A DNA stretch of 32,000 bases from Micromonas sp. Taxonomy: Eukaryota. The DNA lies in the NCBI GenBank assembly GCA_000090985.2, contig CP001330.1:1113874-1145873 (forward strand), read 5' to 3'. Below, in pieces: positions 16,950 to 25,041 of this stretch. Below the pieces are notes generated by a model that was not told the origin of the DNA, made no database searches, and worked only from the letters and a program-made list of their open reading frames with translations. The translations under genes and the position numbers were made by a program. The stretch's first letter is position 1, and each line of letters begins with the position of its first letter.

Positions 16950-18053
16950 CTACTCGTCCTTGCCGATCCTCCGCTCGACCTCCTCCATGATGCCCTTCCC
17001 CCGCAGCGTCGCCTCCGCCTCCAGGAGCCTCTTGCGCAGGCTCACAGCCTCCGCCTCCGCGTTTACCAGCTTCATCGTCGCCGTCTGGAGCTCCGCCCTC
17101 GCCGCGGCGGCCTCAGCGGTCACGGCCTCCACCCTCGCCCTCGCCACCTCCGCCTCCGCCTCCTTGGCGCCCCTGGTCATCGCCAGCTCAGCCTCCCTCG
17201 CGCCCGCCGCGGCTTCGAGCTCGGCGACTCTCTTCGCCGCCGCCTCCGCCGCGTTCCTCGCGTCCCTCAGCGACCCCGTCGTCTGCGCGAGGTCCTTGGT
17301 GGACCTCCGCAGGGCCTCGTCCGTCTTGGGCGCGCGGCTCTTCAGCTTCGACACCATCGTCTTCTCCCAATCCTCAGCCTTCTGACGCTCGTACGCGGCG
17401 GGCACGGAGGACAACAGAGAGATAACCGCCGTCCCGGTGAGGACGAACCGCAGGGGCATGAGCCACCTCGGCATCAGACCCTTGGACGCGAGGTGCGCGT
17501 CGCCGGCGAGCACCGCGCCCAAACCACCCGCCAGAGCGACGAGCTGCGCGGGAACAGGGAGCGCCAGGGCGGCCCACGCGTAGAGGGAGGGCGCGACGCC
17601 GTAAACGTACCGGCCCGGGCCCGCGAGATTTGCGAGATTTGCGATTGCAAACGCCGCGTCGGCGGCGACCTTGCCCGAACCCGCGGCGACGTGGGCGGCG
17701 CCGTAACCCGACGCGGCAAAGCCCCACTGCGTGCCGCCGAGGAATGAGAGGATCGCCGCGCCGTACCCAGCCTGAGCGGCGGCCCTGTACGCCTCGGGGA
17801 AGACGCCCTCCAGCCCGATCGACGCCGACACCGGGGCGGCGAGGGCGACGAAGGGTATCGCGCCCGCCAGGCCCAGCGCGAGGGGGACGGGTGGAACTTC
17901 CGGGAAGTGCTCGGGATGGAAGCGATAACTCGACGCCGGGGGAGCCGCCGACGCCACGGACGTCGACGACGACGAGGACGCGGTCGACGACGAAGCCGCG
18001 CGAGAGAACGCCCCGCGAAGCGCACGGCCCAGGGATCCGAGTGATGACCTCAT
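16950..18053 (-). CDS. DUF3429-like multi-pass membrane protein fused to a C-terminal Ala/Glu-rich coiled coil
   Basis: A 367-aa ORF with ATG at 18053..18051. It has a presequence-like N-terminus and Gly/Ala-rich helices (LALGLAGAIPFVALAAP..., AGYGAAILSFLGGTQWGFAASGYG..., YAWAALALPVPAQLVALAGGLGAVLAGD, LRFVLTGTAVISLLSS) typical of DUF3429. About 140 aa of heptad-like sequence follow (AAKRVAELEAAAGAREAELAMTRGAKEAEAEVARARVEAVTAEAAAARAELQ...). Confidence 0.7.
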   Translation of the reverse strand: MRSSLGSLGRALRGAFSRAASSSTASSSSSTSVASAAPPASSYRFHPEHFPEVPPVPLALGLAGAIPFVALAAPVSASIGLEGVFPEAYRAAAQAGYGAAILSFLGGTQWGFAASGYGAAHVAAGSGKVAADAAFAIANLANLAGPGRYVYGVAPSLYAWAALALPVPAQLVALAGGLGAVLAGDAHLASKGLMPRWLMPLRFVLTGTAVISLLSSVPAAYERQKAEDWEKTMVSKLKSRAPKTDEALRRSTKDLAQTTGSLRDARNAAEAAAKRVAELEAAAGAREAELAMTRGAKEAEAEVARARVEAVTAEAAAARAELQTATMKLVNAEAEAVSLRKRLLEAEATLRGKGIMEEVERRIGKDE

Positions 18054-18292
18054 CGTCGCGAGGCACGCGGATCGTCTCGGTTCGATTCGAAGGATGGGAC
18101 GCGACGCGTGGCACCGCGGCGTTCACGCGAAAGACGCCGAGCGCGCGGAGACGTGCTCGTGCGGCTCGGTCTGCGGCGGGAGCGGTCGGGACCGCGTGTT
18201 TCAAAGCAAGGCGTACCCACCGGTCGGTTGGCAAAAGTTTGGTTTTTGGTTTTGGCAGAGACAACGCCTCCTAATGAGCACTACCGTACAGC

Positions 18293-19192
18293 TCACGCCT
18301 TCTTCCTGGCGTACACGACGTACATCGGGTCCGTCTTGCCCGGCTTGGGAGATATGTCCTGCGCGGCCGGAGGCTCGAAACCCCCCGCGAAGTGAAAGTA
18401 GGCACCGACGATCCAGATGTGGTCCAGGTCACCCGTCGCCGTCCAGATGGACACCGCCTTGGTCGGGAAGCACCGGTTGCTGAAGCTCATCACGGCCAGT
18501 CCACCGGGCTTGAGCACCCTGTTCACCTCTTTCATCATCTCCAGCGGCTTGGTGAGGTAGTCGACACTCACGGCGTTGGTCACCACGTCGAAGGTGTTGT
18601 CCTCGTAAGGCAGAGTCGGGTCCTCGTTGAGGTCCCTCACCGCGTAGTCGCTCAAGATTGGGTTGCGACCCAACTCTTCCTCGTTCATGCCGAGCCCACT
18701 GATCCGACCAGCCTTGTAGTCCTTGGGGTAGTGGCTGATCCACGACGAGCACACGTCGAGGAGCGCCGTGTCCTCCCTGCCGCTCTCGGGGAACACCTCG
18801 GCGTAGTACTTGGTCAGGGCGCCGATGGCGTCGTCGTCGATGTGCTGCACGAACCTGGGCTGCGAGTAGAAGAGGAAGTCGGACGACTCGTCGTACCTCT
18901 GCATCTCCTGTTCGCCGAAGGGGAAGGCGTCCGGGAACTTGGGGTCGACGAGGACCTTGGCGATCTCAGGGTTGGCGCCCGCCGCCTGGCGCGCGACCGC
19001 GATGTCTGAGCGACCGCCCGCGGCGAAGAAGCCGCCCGTCATGATGGAGAACGCGCGACGGGACGGTTTCAGGCCGGGCTTATTAACCGGAGCGGAGGAC
19101 GAGGACGAAGAGGTGGTGGCGGCGGAGGAGCACCGGTTGAGCGCGCGCGCGTTAACAGCGATCAACGTCCGATTGATGATAGACGACATCAT
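18293..19192 (-). CDS. SAM-dependent methyltransferase (class I, Methyltransf_11-like), organelle-targeted
   Basis: The track start at 19264 is GTG. The first ATG pair is at 19192..19187 (MMSSIINRTLIAVNARAL..., then a Ser-rich presequence). The core is LLDVCSSWISHYP...ISGLGMNEEELGRNP...EDNTFDVVTNAVSVDYLTKPLEMMKEVNRVLKPGGLAVMSFSNR, the plant-type DxxSSW(V/I)SH(Y/L)P methyltransferase family. Confidence 0.8.
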   Translation of the reverse strand: MMSSIINRTLIAVNARALNRCSSAATTSSSSSSAPVNKPGLKPSRRAFSIMTGGFFAAGGRSDIAVARQAAGANPEIAKVLVDPKFPDAFPFGEQEMQRYDESSDFLFYSQPRFVQHIDDDAIGALTKYYAEVFPESGREDTALLDVCSSWISHYPKDYKAGRISGLGMNEEELGRNPILSDYAVRDLNEDPTLPYEDNTFDVVTNAVSVDYLTKPLEMMKEVNRVLKPGGLAVMSFSNRCFPTKAVSIWTATGDLDHIWIVGAYFHFAGGFEPPAAQDISPKPGKTDPMYVVYARKKA

Positions 19193-19394
19193 GGGCGAGT
19201 TGTCTGTGTGGGCCGGAGTGTGGGCCGGAGTGTTCCTCTGCTTGGGGCCGATCGAGTTGGGCACCTCTCAGATAACAAGCCACGTCGATTTTCCATCGTG
19301 GAGGTGACCGCCATCCTTCCTGTCGCTGGCTGGTTTCGGGTACATAACTCAAAAAAACCATGGATCACCAAAATGAATAAGTTCCTGCCCCCGA

Positions 19395-19406
19395 TAGCTC
19401 AGTTGG
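19395..19406 (+). promoter_or_regulatory. Pol III internal promoter A box (TAGCTCAGTTGG). The B box GGTTCGATTCC lies at 19515..19525.
   Basis: Matches the TRGCNNAGTGG / GGTTCGANTCC consensus within the tRNA-Tyr gene. Confidence 0.7.
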
Positions 19407-19424
19407 TAGAGCGGAGGACTGTAG

Positions 19425-19500
19425 ACTTGTCTATGCAGCAGAGTAAAATCTGCGTCCAAAACCCCTAACTCCCGAACATGGGAGAGAATGCGAAATAGTA
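19425..19500 (+). other. tRNA-Tyr intron at the canonical 37/38 position (76 nt; placement is ambiguous by 1 nt because A flanks both ends)
   Basis: This is the sequence between CTGTAG and ATCCTT. It is more AT-rich than its surroundings. It contains two local hairpins, ATGCAG-N11-CTGCGT and CTCCC-GAACAT-GGGAG. Confidence 0.8.
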
Positions 19501-19521
19501 ATCCTTAGGTCGCTGGTTCGA

Positions 19522-19569
19522 TTCCGGCTTGGGGGATTTCTTTTTATTCTTCCGGCTTGGGGGATTTCT
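19522..19569 (+). repeat. Perfect 20-nt direct repeat TTCCGGCTTGGGGGATTTCT (19522..19541 and 19550..19569), duplicating the tRNA-Tyr 3' end plus trailer
   Basis: Read directly. The copies are separated by the 8 nt TTTTATTC. Confidence 0.9.
19537..19545 (+). terminator. Pol III terminator T-run (TTTCTTTTT) directly after the tRNA discriminator base
   Basis: T3-C-T5 lies immediately 3' of A19536. Confidence 0.6.
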
Positions 19570-19797
19570 GAGGACATGGGGGGACGCCCCGCGTCGTCAG
19601 CTACGTCCTCGCAAAGTTTCACATCGATCCGAGCAGTGTGGAGGCGCCGGGGGGTCTTGAGGGCGAGCATCGATGCATGCCAAAAACTTTTGCAAACAAA
19701 CAACATTTCCTGGCGACGAGTTCACAGAGCTCTATTTCATGGTGCTACTTTGCTAAGGGTTTGCCCCACCTCCACTAAACCCTTCGATACGCGCTAA

Positions 19798-20958
19798 TCA
19801 ACCGCCGCCGGATATTGCCTCGACGATTGCGTTTATGTGCGGCTGCGCGAGGTAGAATCCTCCAACCGAAGCCGCCGCCGTCGCCGCCGTCGCGGCTGTG
19901 CCAAACGCGGTCCCTCCCCCCTCGACACCCTTGGCGCCCATGAATCCGTACCATCGGAGCAGCCTCTGCGTCAACGGCAACGTCCCAAACACCGCCATCG
20001 CCGACGACCAAGCCTGGACCACCGCACCGCGCGCGGGCTGCGTGGCACCGGTGAACCAAGCCGCAGGTTCACCCGCTGCTTCCAACCCCGGAAGCAGCAA
20101 CAACATGTTAAGCTCGTAGATGGGGTACTGCGCCAGCACCACCGCCGCGTACACCTTCCACGACGGAACCGCCGGCGCGTGATTTGAGTCACCCGTCGGT
20201 GTCGCGGGGAGCCAACCCCCGAGGGACCCGTCGTCCATGATGACATTCGCCCGAGCCCTCAGCGCGCCATCCGGGTCTCCGCCGTTGAAACGCTCACCCC
20301 GCTTGAGCCACTCCGCGCGTCTGTTCGAGTGCGTCCACCGCTCCATGTCGTCCTGGCGCTGAAACACCACGGCGACGGTCTCGCAGTTCGGTGCCCCGCT
20401 GTGACGCACGTGCTCCAACGACTCCCGATCGTTCTCGGACGAGTCCGGCGGCGACTTTTTCAACCCGCGCCGAATGGGCTTGGCCTCGCCACCCGCGGCT
20501 GGAAAATGCACCCAGCTGAACCTTCCCTCGGGCAGCGGCCGTCTACCCGCCGGTACCGACAGTCCCGCCTGACAGTCCTTGTCCTTCAGCACCGCGTCGA
20601 TCAGGGTCTTACCCTCCGTGAGCCAGGCCTCGTAGTCCTTCCTCTGCTCCGGCGAGACAACCTTGCTCGTACATACCAAGATGGCGGGTTTGAGGGAGGG
20701 TTGGGGGCGGATCGTGGACCCAGACGCGCCTCCATCCTCCCATACGGTGGCGGACGTCGCGAACGACGCGACGGGAGATTGCCAAAACCCTCGCGTGGGA
20801 GCGAATCCGGCGTAAAGGTCGCCGAGAGGTGTCGCAGAATCGTTCGTGCCGTTCCAGGTGGTCGCGGAGACTGCGCGCGTCGCGGAGGACCACGACGACG
20901 ACGAGGGCGCGCTGGTGACGCGGCACCTATGCGAAACACTCCTGGCGAGTGCACGCAT
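19798..20958 (-). CDS. Hypothetical protein: presequence, a possible ABM/Dabb-fold-like domain, and C-terminal hydrophobic helices
   Basis: The track start at 21087 is TTG. The first ATG is at 20958..20956 (MRALARSVSHRCRVTSAPSSSS...). The central region reads AILVCTSKVVSPEQRKDYEAWLTEGK...VAVVFQRQDDMERWTHSNRRAEWLKRGERF. The C-terminal helices read PSWKVYAAVVLAQYPIYELNMLLLLPGL / AVVQAWSSAMAVFGTLPLTQRLLRWY. This resembles bacterial 'ABM domain + 2 TM' proteins from memory only, so the family call is tentative. Confidence 0.6.
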   Translation of the reverse strand: MRALARSVSHRCRVTSAPSSSSWSSATRAVSATTWNGTNDSATPLGDLYAGFAPTRGFWQSPVASFATSATVWEDGGASGSTIRPQPSLKPAILVCTSKVVSPEQRKDYEAWLTEGKTLIDAVLKDKDCQAGLSVPAGRRPLPEGRFSWVHFPAAGGEAKPIRRGLKKSPPDSSENDRESLEHVRHSGAPNCETVAVVFQRQDDMERWTHSNRRAEWLKRGERFNGGDPDGALRARANVIMDDGSLGGWLPATPTGDSNHAPAVPSWKVYAAVVLAQYPIYELNMLLLLPGLEAAGEPAAWFTGATQPARGAVVQAWSSAMAVFGTLPLTQRLLRWYGFMGAKGVEGGGTAFGTAATAATAAASVGGFYLAQPHINAIVEAISGGG

Positions 20959-21169
20959 AATCGGAGCTCGCTCAAACGGCGAGCCTCGAGCCCCAGGCGC
21001 GTATGGCGCCTCGCGAAGTGAAGGGACGCGAAAAGGTCCGAGCCGAGAGCACCGCCGGACGCCAGCTCGAGGTGGGTCGATTGACAAAGAATCACAGCCA
21101 GCTCTAGGGTTGCCACTGCGAGGAGCGCGAGTCGCGGCGGTCGGGGGCGCTCACGCTCGAAGAACGCGC

Positions 21170-21463
21170 ATGTTCTTCTCCGTCGCCCTCCTGGGGCGCG
21201 CGGCCAAGCGCCTTGGTTACCTGCGGCTGACCACCAAGCGCGCCAAGAAGGGCTACTACAAGGGGAAGGGGGCCATCGCGCCGGGGCGGCACACCAAGCG
21301 AGGGTACAAGCTCGACCCGCTGCGCAGGCCGAACTTCATCACGCCGGAGATCGACCTCGCGTCGTTCCCGCTGAAACCCTACGTCGCCAAGACGGTGCCG
21401 AAGAAGCCTCTGCTGGTGCCAGGAGGTCCCCCGGGAGCGGCGTACAGCACCCTCACCCGCTGA
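21170..21463 (+). CDS. MRPL41: Mitochondrial ribosomal protein mL41 (MRPL41 / yeast MRPL27 family)
   Basis: The track ORF 20846..21463 is over-extended. The real ATG is at 21170: MFFSVALLGRAAKRLGYLRLTTKRAKKGYYKGKGAIAPGRHTKRGYKLDPLRRPNFITPEIDLASFPLKPYVAKTV. It carries the mL41 signature (TSKRG.KG(F/Y)YKG...G.HT..G.Y......P..VVPDL.GFKLKPYVS). Confidence 0.85.
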   Translation: MFFSVALLGRAAKRLGYLRLTTKRAKKGYYKGKGAIAPGRHTKRGYKLDPLRRPNFITPEIDLASFPLKPYVAKTVPKKPLLVPGGPPGAAYSTLTR

Positions 21464-21653
21464 CGGGTGCGAGTGGCGGGGACTCGATCTCGTGGGGTTT
21501 GGCGGCCTCGCGGGTTTCGGGGGGGTCTGGAGCGAAAGGGTCGAGGGACTCGTCGCGCGCCGGCACGGGCACGGGGTTGGCGGACGTTAGACTTTAGGAA
21601 TCATCGGTATTTAATATCTCGCACGGTAGATGGCATAGCATCCTGTGAGCACG

Positions 21654-22796
21654 TCAGTCCTCGGCGACGGCGACGCGCTTGATGGACGAGATTTCGAGAC
21701 TGCACATCTCCGACATCTGCCGCTCAAACTGGGCGAGCTCGTCGTTGACGTCGCCGCCGTACACGTCCTCATTCCAGAAGTCTCTCTCCTCGGTCCTCGA
21801 CGACTGCGCGCGCCTGTGCGGACTCAGGCTGGACAGCTCGCGGAAGAAGTCTCCCTCGTTGGAATCGTCGACTTCAAACTCTGAGCGAGCCGACTCCGCT
21901 TTCATCGTCTTCGACTCCGCCTTTTCCTTCTCGCTCGGAGGCGTCGCCGGCGGCTCGGTGGCCTCCTCATCGCATCGCGCGTCCTCGTCCGCATCCCGGT
22001 TCATCGCCGACCGGCCGGTCCTGGTTCGCGTGGGGCTGTCCCTTGCGCCGAGCGCTTCGATCCACTCCCTGTGCGCTGCGGCGAGGTCAAACTCGGCCGA
22101 CGATCCGTCCTTCTTGCCAGCCTTGACGATCCACTCGGGCAAGGGCTTGACCCCAACGATCTCACCAGCCTTTTCCTCCGCCGCCCTCGCCGCCGCCCTC
22201 GCGTCCGCCTCCATCTTCGCGAGCCTCTTGGACTTGTCCCGCTCGACTCGCTCGGCTCGCTCGCGTTCCCATTGCTCGCTCGCCTCCTTCGCCGTCTGGC
22301 CCTTGACGTACGTGTGATGCACCCCCTCCTCGTCCTCTTCCTTCTTCTTACGTCTGAGCTCGCGAAGGTTCTTCATCACCTCCCGCGAGTCCCTCACCAT
22401 GTCCATGGCGTGCTCGAGCTGCGCGCGGTACTCGGTGTTCCAACCCCCCGCGTTTGCGTCGTACGGGTTCGCGGTGCCCGCCTGCGTCGGTCGACGCGCC
22501 GCGAGCGGGCCGTGTCGGACGTCGCCCCAGTCGGCGTGGATGTCGGGGTAGTTGTGCAAGGACTGCTCGCCGAACACGGAGAGCACGTTGCCGTCTTCGT
22601 CCACCGCGGGCCGGTCCCCGTCGGTGCCCTCCACGAGAGTCTGCCACCCGTGCTCCGCCTCTCGCGCCTCGATCTCCGCGACCGCGGCGTCGAGGTTGAC
22701 CTTGGAGGACGACGCGTCCTCGTGAAGCTCGGCGTCATCACCATCCAACGGCTCGAGGGCCGCGGAGTGGTGGACGACTTCCTCGATGAGCGGCAT
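21654..22796 (-). CDS. Hypothetical highly charged (Glu/Asp/Lys/Arg-rich) protein. No family recognised.
   Basis: The track start at 22820 is TTG. The first ATG is at 22796..22794 (MPLIEEVVHHSAALEPLDGDD...). The frame is open for 380 aa. The plus-strand ORFs over the same span are Ser/Arg-rich shadows. Confidence 0.6.
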   Translation of the reverse strand: MPLIEEVVHHSAALEPLDGDDAELHEDASSSKVNLDAAVAEIEAREAEHGWQTLVEGTDGDRPAVDEDGNVLSVFGEQSLHNYPDIHADWGDVRHGPLAARRPTQAGTANPYDANAGGWNTEYRAQLEHAMDMVRDSREVMKNLRELRRKKKEEDEEGVHHTYVKGQTAKEASEQWERERAERVERDKSKRLAKMEADARAAARAAEEKAGEIVGVKPLPEWIVKAGKKDGSSAEFDLAAAHREWIEALGARDSPTRTRTGRSAMNRDADEDARCDEEATEPPATPPSEKEKAESKTMKAESARSEFEVDDSNEGDFFRELSSLSPHRRAQSSRTEERDFWNEDVYGGDVNDELAQFERQMSEMCSLEISSIKRVAVAED

Positions 22797-22944
22797 GTGC
22801 GACCGTGGAGTGCCGCGCAAGGCGCTCCCAACGGATCTGAAAATGGACTGGCACCGGACGGGAGAAATTCAGTTGACTGAAGTGAGAAAATTTAGACCGA
22901 TGTTTTTGAGTCAAATGAAGGTGCCAAAAAATGCCAAAGTGGCT

Positions 22945-24909
22945 CTACTTCGTTCCGGGCAGCTTGTCGCGCAGGTACTCCAGCAACGCCTTGGTCCCGC
23001 GCTCAATCACAGGCCTCCTGATCATCCGCAACATGTTTCCCTCAACCCCGAGCCACCGCAGCCCCGTCAGTAGACCGAGCTCGGGAGGTAAAGTGCCCAA
23101 GTCGTTATTCGTGAGGTCGAGCTCGTCCAACTCGACCAGTCGCGCCACCGCCGGGGACAACGCGCCGATGTGGTTGTCGTTCAACCGCAGGACGCGGAGC
23201 CGGCGCAGGTCGAACACTTCGTCCGGGATCGCGTCCAGCATCGCCTTGCCCCATCGAAGCTCCGTCAGCGTCTCGGCGAGTGGTCTCAGCAGGTTCGGGC
23301 CGCGCGACGGTTGGAACACGATCCCGGTCACGTCCAACTTTCGCAGCCGAGAGGCTCGAGAAAACGCACTCGGCGGCATAGCCGCGGAGAGTCCCTTGTT
23401 ACCCGCCAAGTTTAGCTCCGTCAACGACAGAGGACGTCCCTCGCCGCAAGGTAGCGGCCACTTCTCCAGCGCGTTTCCGTCCAGCAGCAGGGTCTCGAGT
23501 CCGTCGCATCTCTCGACTTCCTCCGCGTCCACCCCACCCCTCAAACCGTTCTCTCCGAGGTCCACGGACGTCACGCCTCTGGCGACTACGCTCCAGAAAT
23601 CATCCGGCAGGCTCTCGAGCCGCTGTCCCCTCAGCGAAACGCCCGACGCGCGTCCACCCTCCGACGCGACCCTCGCCGCGGTCGCCACCGCTCTCGCCGC
23701 ATCCTCCGCGCGAGTCGTCGACTCGTCACCCCTGAACGCCGCTCCCACGCCGGTTTCCTCGGCGCCGAGCTTAGATCGCAGGTGCGCGAGGAGGTCACCG
23801 ATGGGACCACTCAGGATGTTCTGCCTGATGGAACGGATCGGGTTCCCCTCTAGCGCGAGTCTACGCAGGCTCGTGCACCTCCCGAGCTCCGGTGCGACGC
23901 GGGTGACATCGTTACCCGAGGCGTCGACGGTTCGAAGCGGCGCACCCGCAGCGAGCGAAGACGGAAGCTCGGTGAGCCGGTTGGAGCTCACGTCCAGGGT
24001 GGCCAACGCGGCGCAGGTTCCGAGCGCGTCCGGGAGCGCGGTCAGCTCGTTGCGCCCGATGAAGATTTCAGCCAAGTTCGAGCATCCAGAGATGGACGGC
24101 GGGACGCAAGTGATGCGGTTCTCCCTGCAGTCGAGCCGGGTAAGCGACGTAAACGCGCCGACGTCCCTCGGCAAAGCGGTCAGAGCGTTGCCGCTGACGC
24201 ACAAATCTCTGAGCGACGCGAGGCGAGTCATGCCGTCGGGCAGGGTTCCGATGCGGTTGTTGGAGATATCCAGCGTGACGAGCGACGTGCACCCGTCGAT
24301 GGCTCTCGGCAGCTCCGTCAGCGCGCAGCCCGCGACGCGCAGTTCCGCTAATCGGTCGCACGCGCCGATTGATTCGGGGAGTTTGAACAGCTTCGGGTTG
24401 CGCGACACGTTGAGCGCCGCCAAGGTCTCCACCGGCAGCGCATCGGGCAGCATGCGCAGTTTGTTGTCGGAGACATCCAGCGACCGAAGCGGGAGCGACG
24501 CCAGTGCGGTCGCGGGGAGAGACTCGAGCTGGTTGTGCCCCAGATCCAACTTTTGCAACGCGTTCAGCTTTGCGACGTCCTCCGGGAGTTGCGCGATGCT
24601 GTTGTGCGACGCGACGAGCGCGGTGAGCTCCTTTACCTCCCACCACGCGGGCCCTCCACTTTCCGGTGCATCGAAGCTGATCGTCTGCACGGGCGCGCGA
24701 AAATTCTCGGCCGCGTCCGGGTCCTCCGCGTCGAACACCGCGCGCGGGATCTCCGTCATGCCACGATCGCTCAAGTTCAGCACACCCGTTGACTGAGCGC
24801 TCAACAACAGCTTATCGACGCCAGCGACGAGCGAGCCGATGCCGCGGCTGCTGTTGTCGACGTGGCGCATACGCTGCGCGCGCGAGTCGAACTTACCTCG
24901 CGGATGCAT
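22945..24909 (-). CDS. LRRC40: Leucine-rich repeat protein, LRRC40 homolog
   Basis: A 654-aa ORF with ATG at 24909..24907. It has about 20 LRRs (LxxLxLxxNxLxxLP). Its ends are collinear with human LRRC40 as I recall it: the N-terminus STGVLNLSDRGMTEIPRAVF...WWEVKELTALVASHNSIAQLPEDV, the mid-region LALEGNPIRSIRQNILSGPIGDLLAHLRSKL, and the C-terminus GVEGNMLRMIRRPVIERGTKALLEYLRDKL. Confidence 0.9.
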   Translation of the reverse strand: MHPRGKFDSRAQRMRHVDNSSRGIGSLVAGVDKLLLSAQSTGVLNLSDRGMTEIPRAVFDAEDPDAAENFRAPVQTISFDAPESGGPAWWEVKELTALVASHNSIAQLPEDVAKLNALQKLDLGHNQLESLPATALASLPLRSLDVSDNKLRMLPDALPVETLAALNVSRNPKLFKLPESIGACDRLAELRVAGCALTELPRAIDGCTSLVTLDISNNRIGTLPDGMTRLASLRDLCVSGNALTALPRDVGAFTSLTRLDCRENRITCVPPSISGCSNLAEIFIGRNELTALPDALGTCAALATLDVSSNRLTELPSSLAAGAPLRTVDASGNDVTRVAPELGRCTSLRRLALEGNPIRSIRQNILSGPIGDLLAHLRSKLGAEETGVGAAFRGDESTTRAEDAARAVATAARVASEGGRASGVSLRGQRLESLPDDFWSVVARGVTSVDLGENGLRGGVDAEEVERCDGLETLLLDGNALEKWPLPCGEGRPLSLTELNLAGNKGLSAAMPPSAFSRASRLRKLDVTGIVFQPSRGPNLLRPLAETLTELRWGKAMLDAIPDEVFDLRRLRVLRLNDNHIGALSPAVARLVELDELDLTNNDLGTLPPELGLLTGLRWLGVEGNMLRMIRRPVIERGTKALLEYLRDKLPGTK

Positions 24910-25041
24910 GCGGCGCCCGGTGCTCCGCTCCGTTTACTGTGTGCCGTTGTTGGTTTCACATGTCGATACTATTCAAACGACGTCGTCGGCAGCCCCAAGA
25001 CGGCCAGACCGAGGGGAGCACCGCCAGCCCGCGGAGGCCAT

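Larger units (their letters stand above)
19388..19536 (+). tRNA. trnY-GUA: Nuclear tRNA-Tyr (anticodon GTA at 19421..19423) interrupted by a 76-nt intron (19425..19500)
   Basis: Manual cloverleaf. The acceptor CCCCCGA (19388..19394) pairs with TTGGGGG (19529..19535), and the discriminator is A19536. The D arm is GCTC-AGTTGGTA-GAGC. The anticodon stem GAGGA (19414..19418) pairs with TCCTT (19502..19506). The loop is CTGTAG[intron]A. The variable loop is AGGTC. The T arm is GCTGG-TTCGATT-CCGGC. The exons are near-identical to plant tRNA-Tyr as I recall it (..TAGCTCAGTTGGTAGAGCGGAGGACTGTAG / ATCCTTAGGTCGCTGGTTCGA.TCCGGC). Confidence 0.9.
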
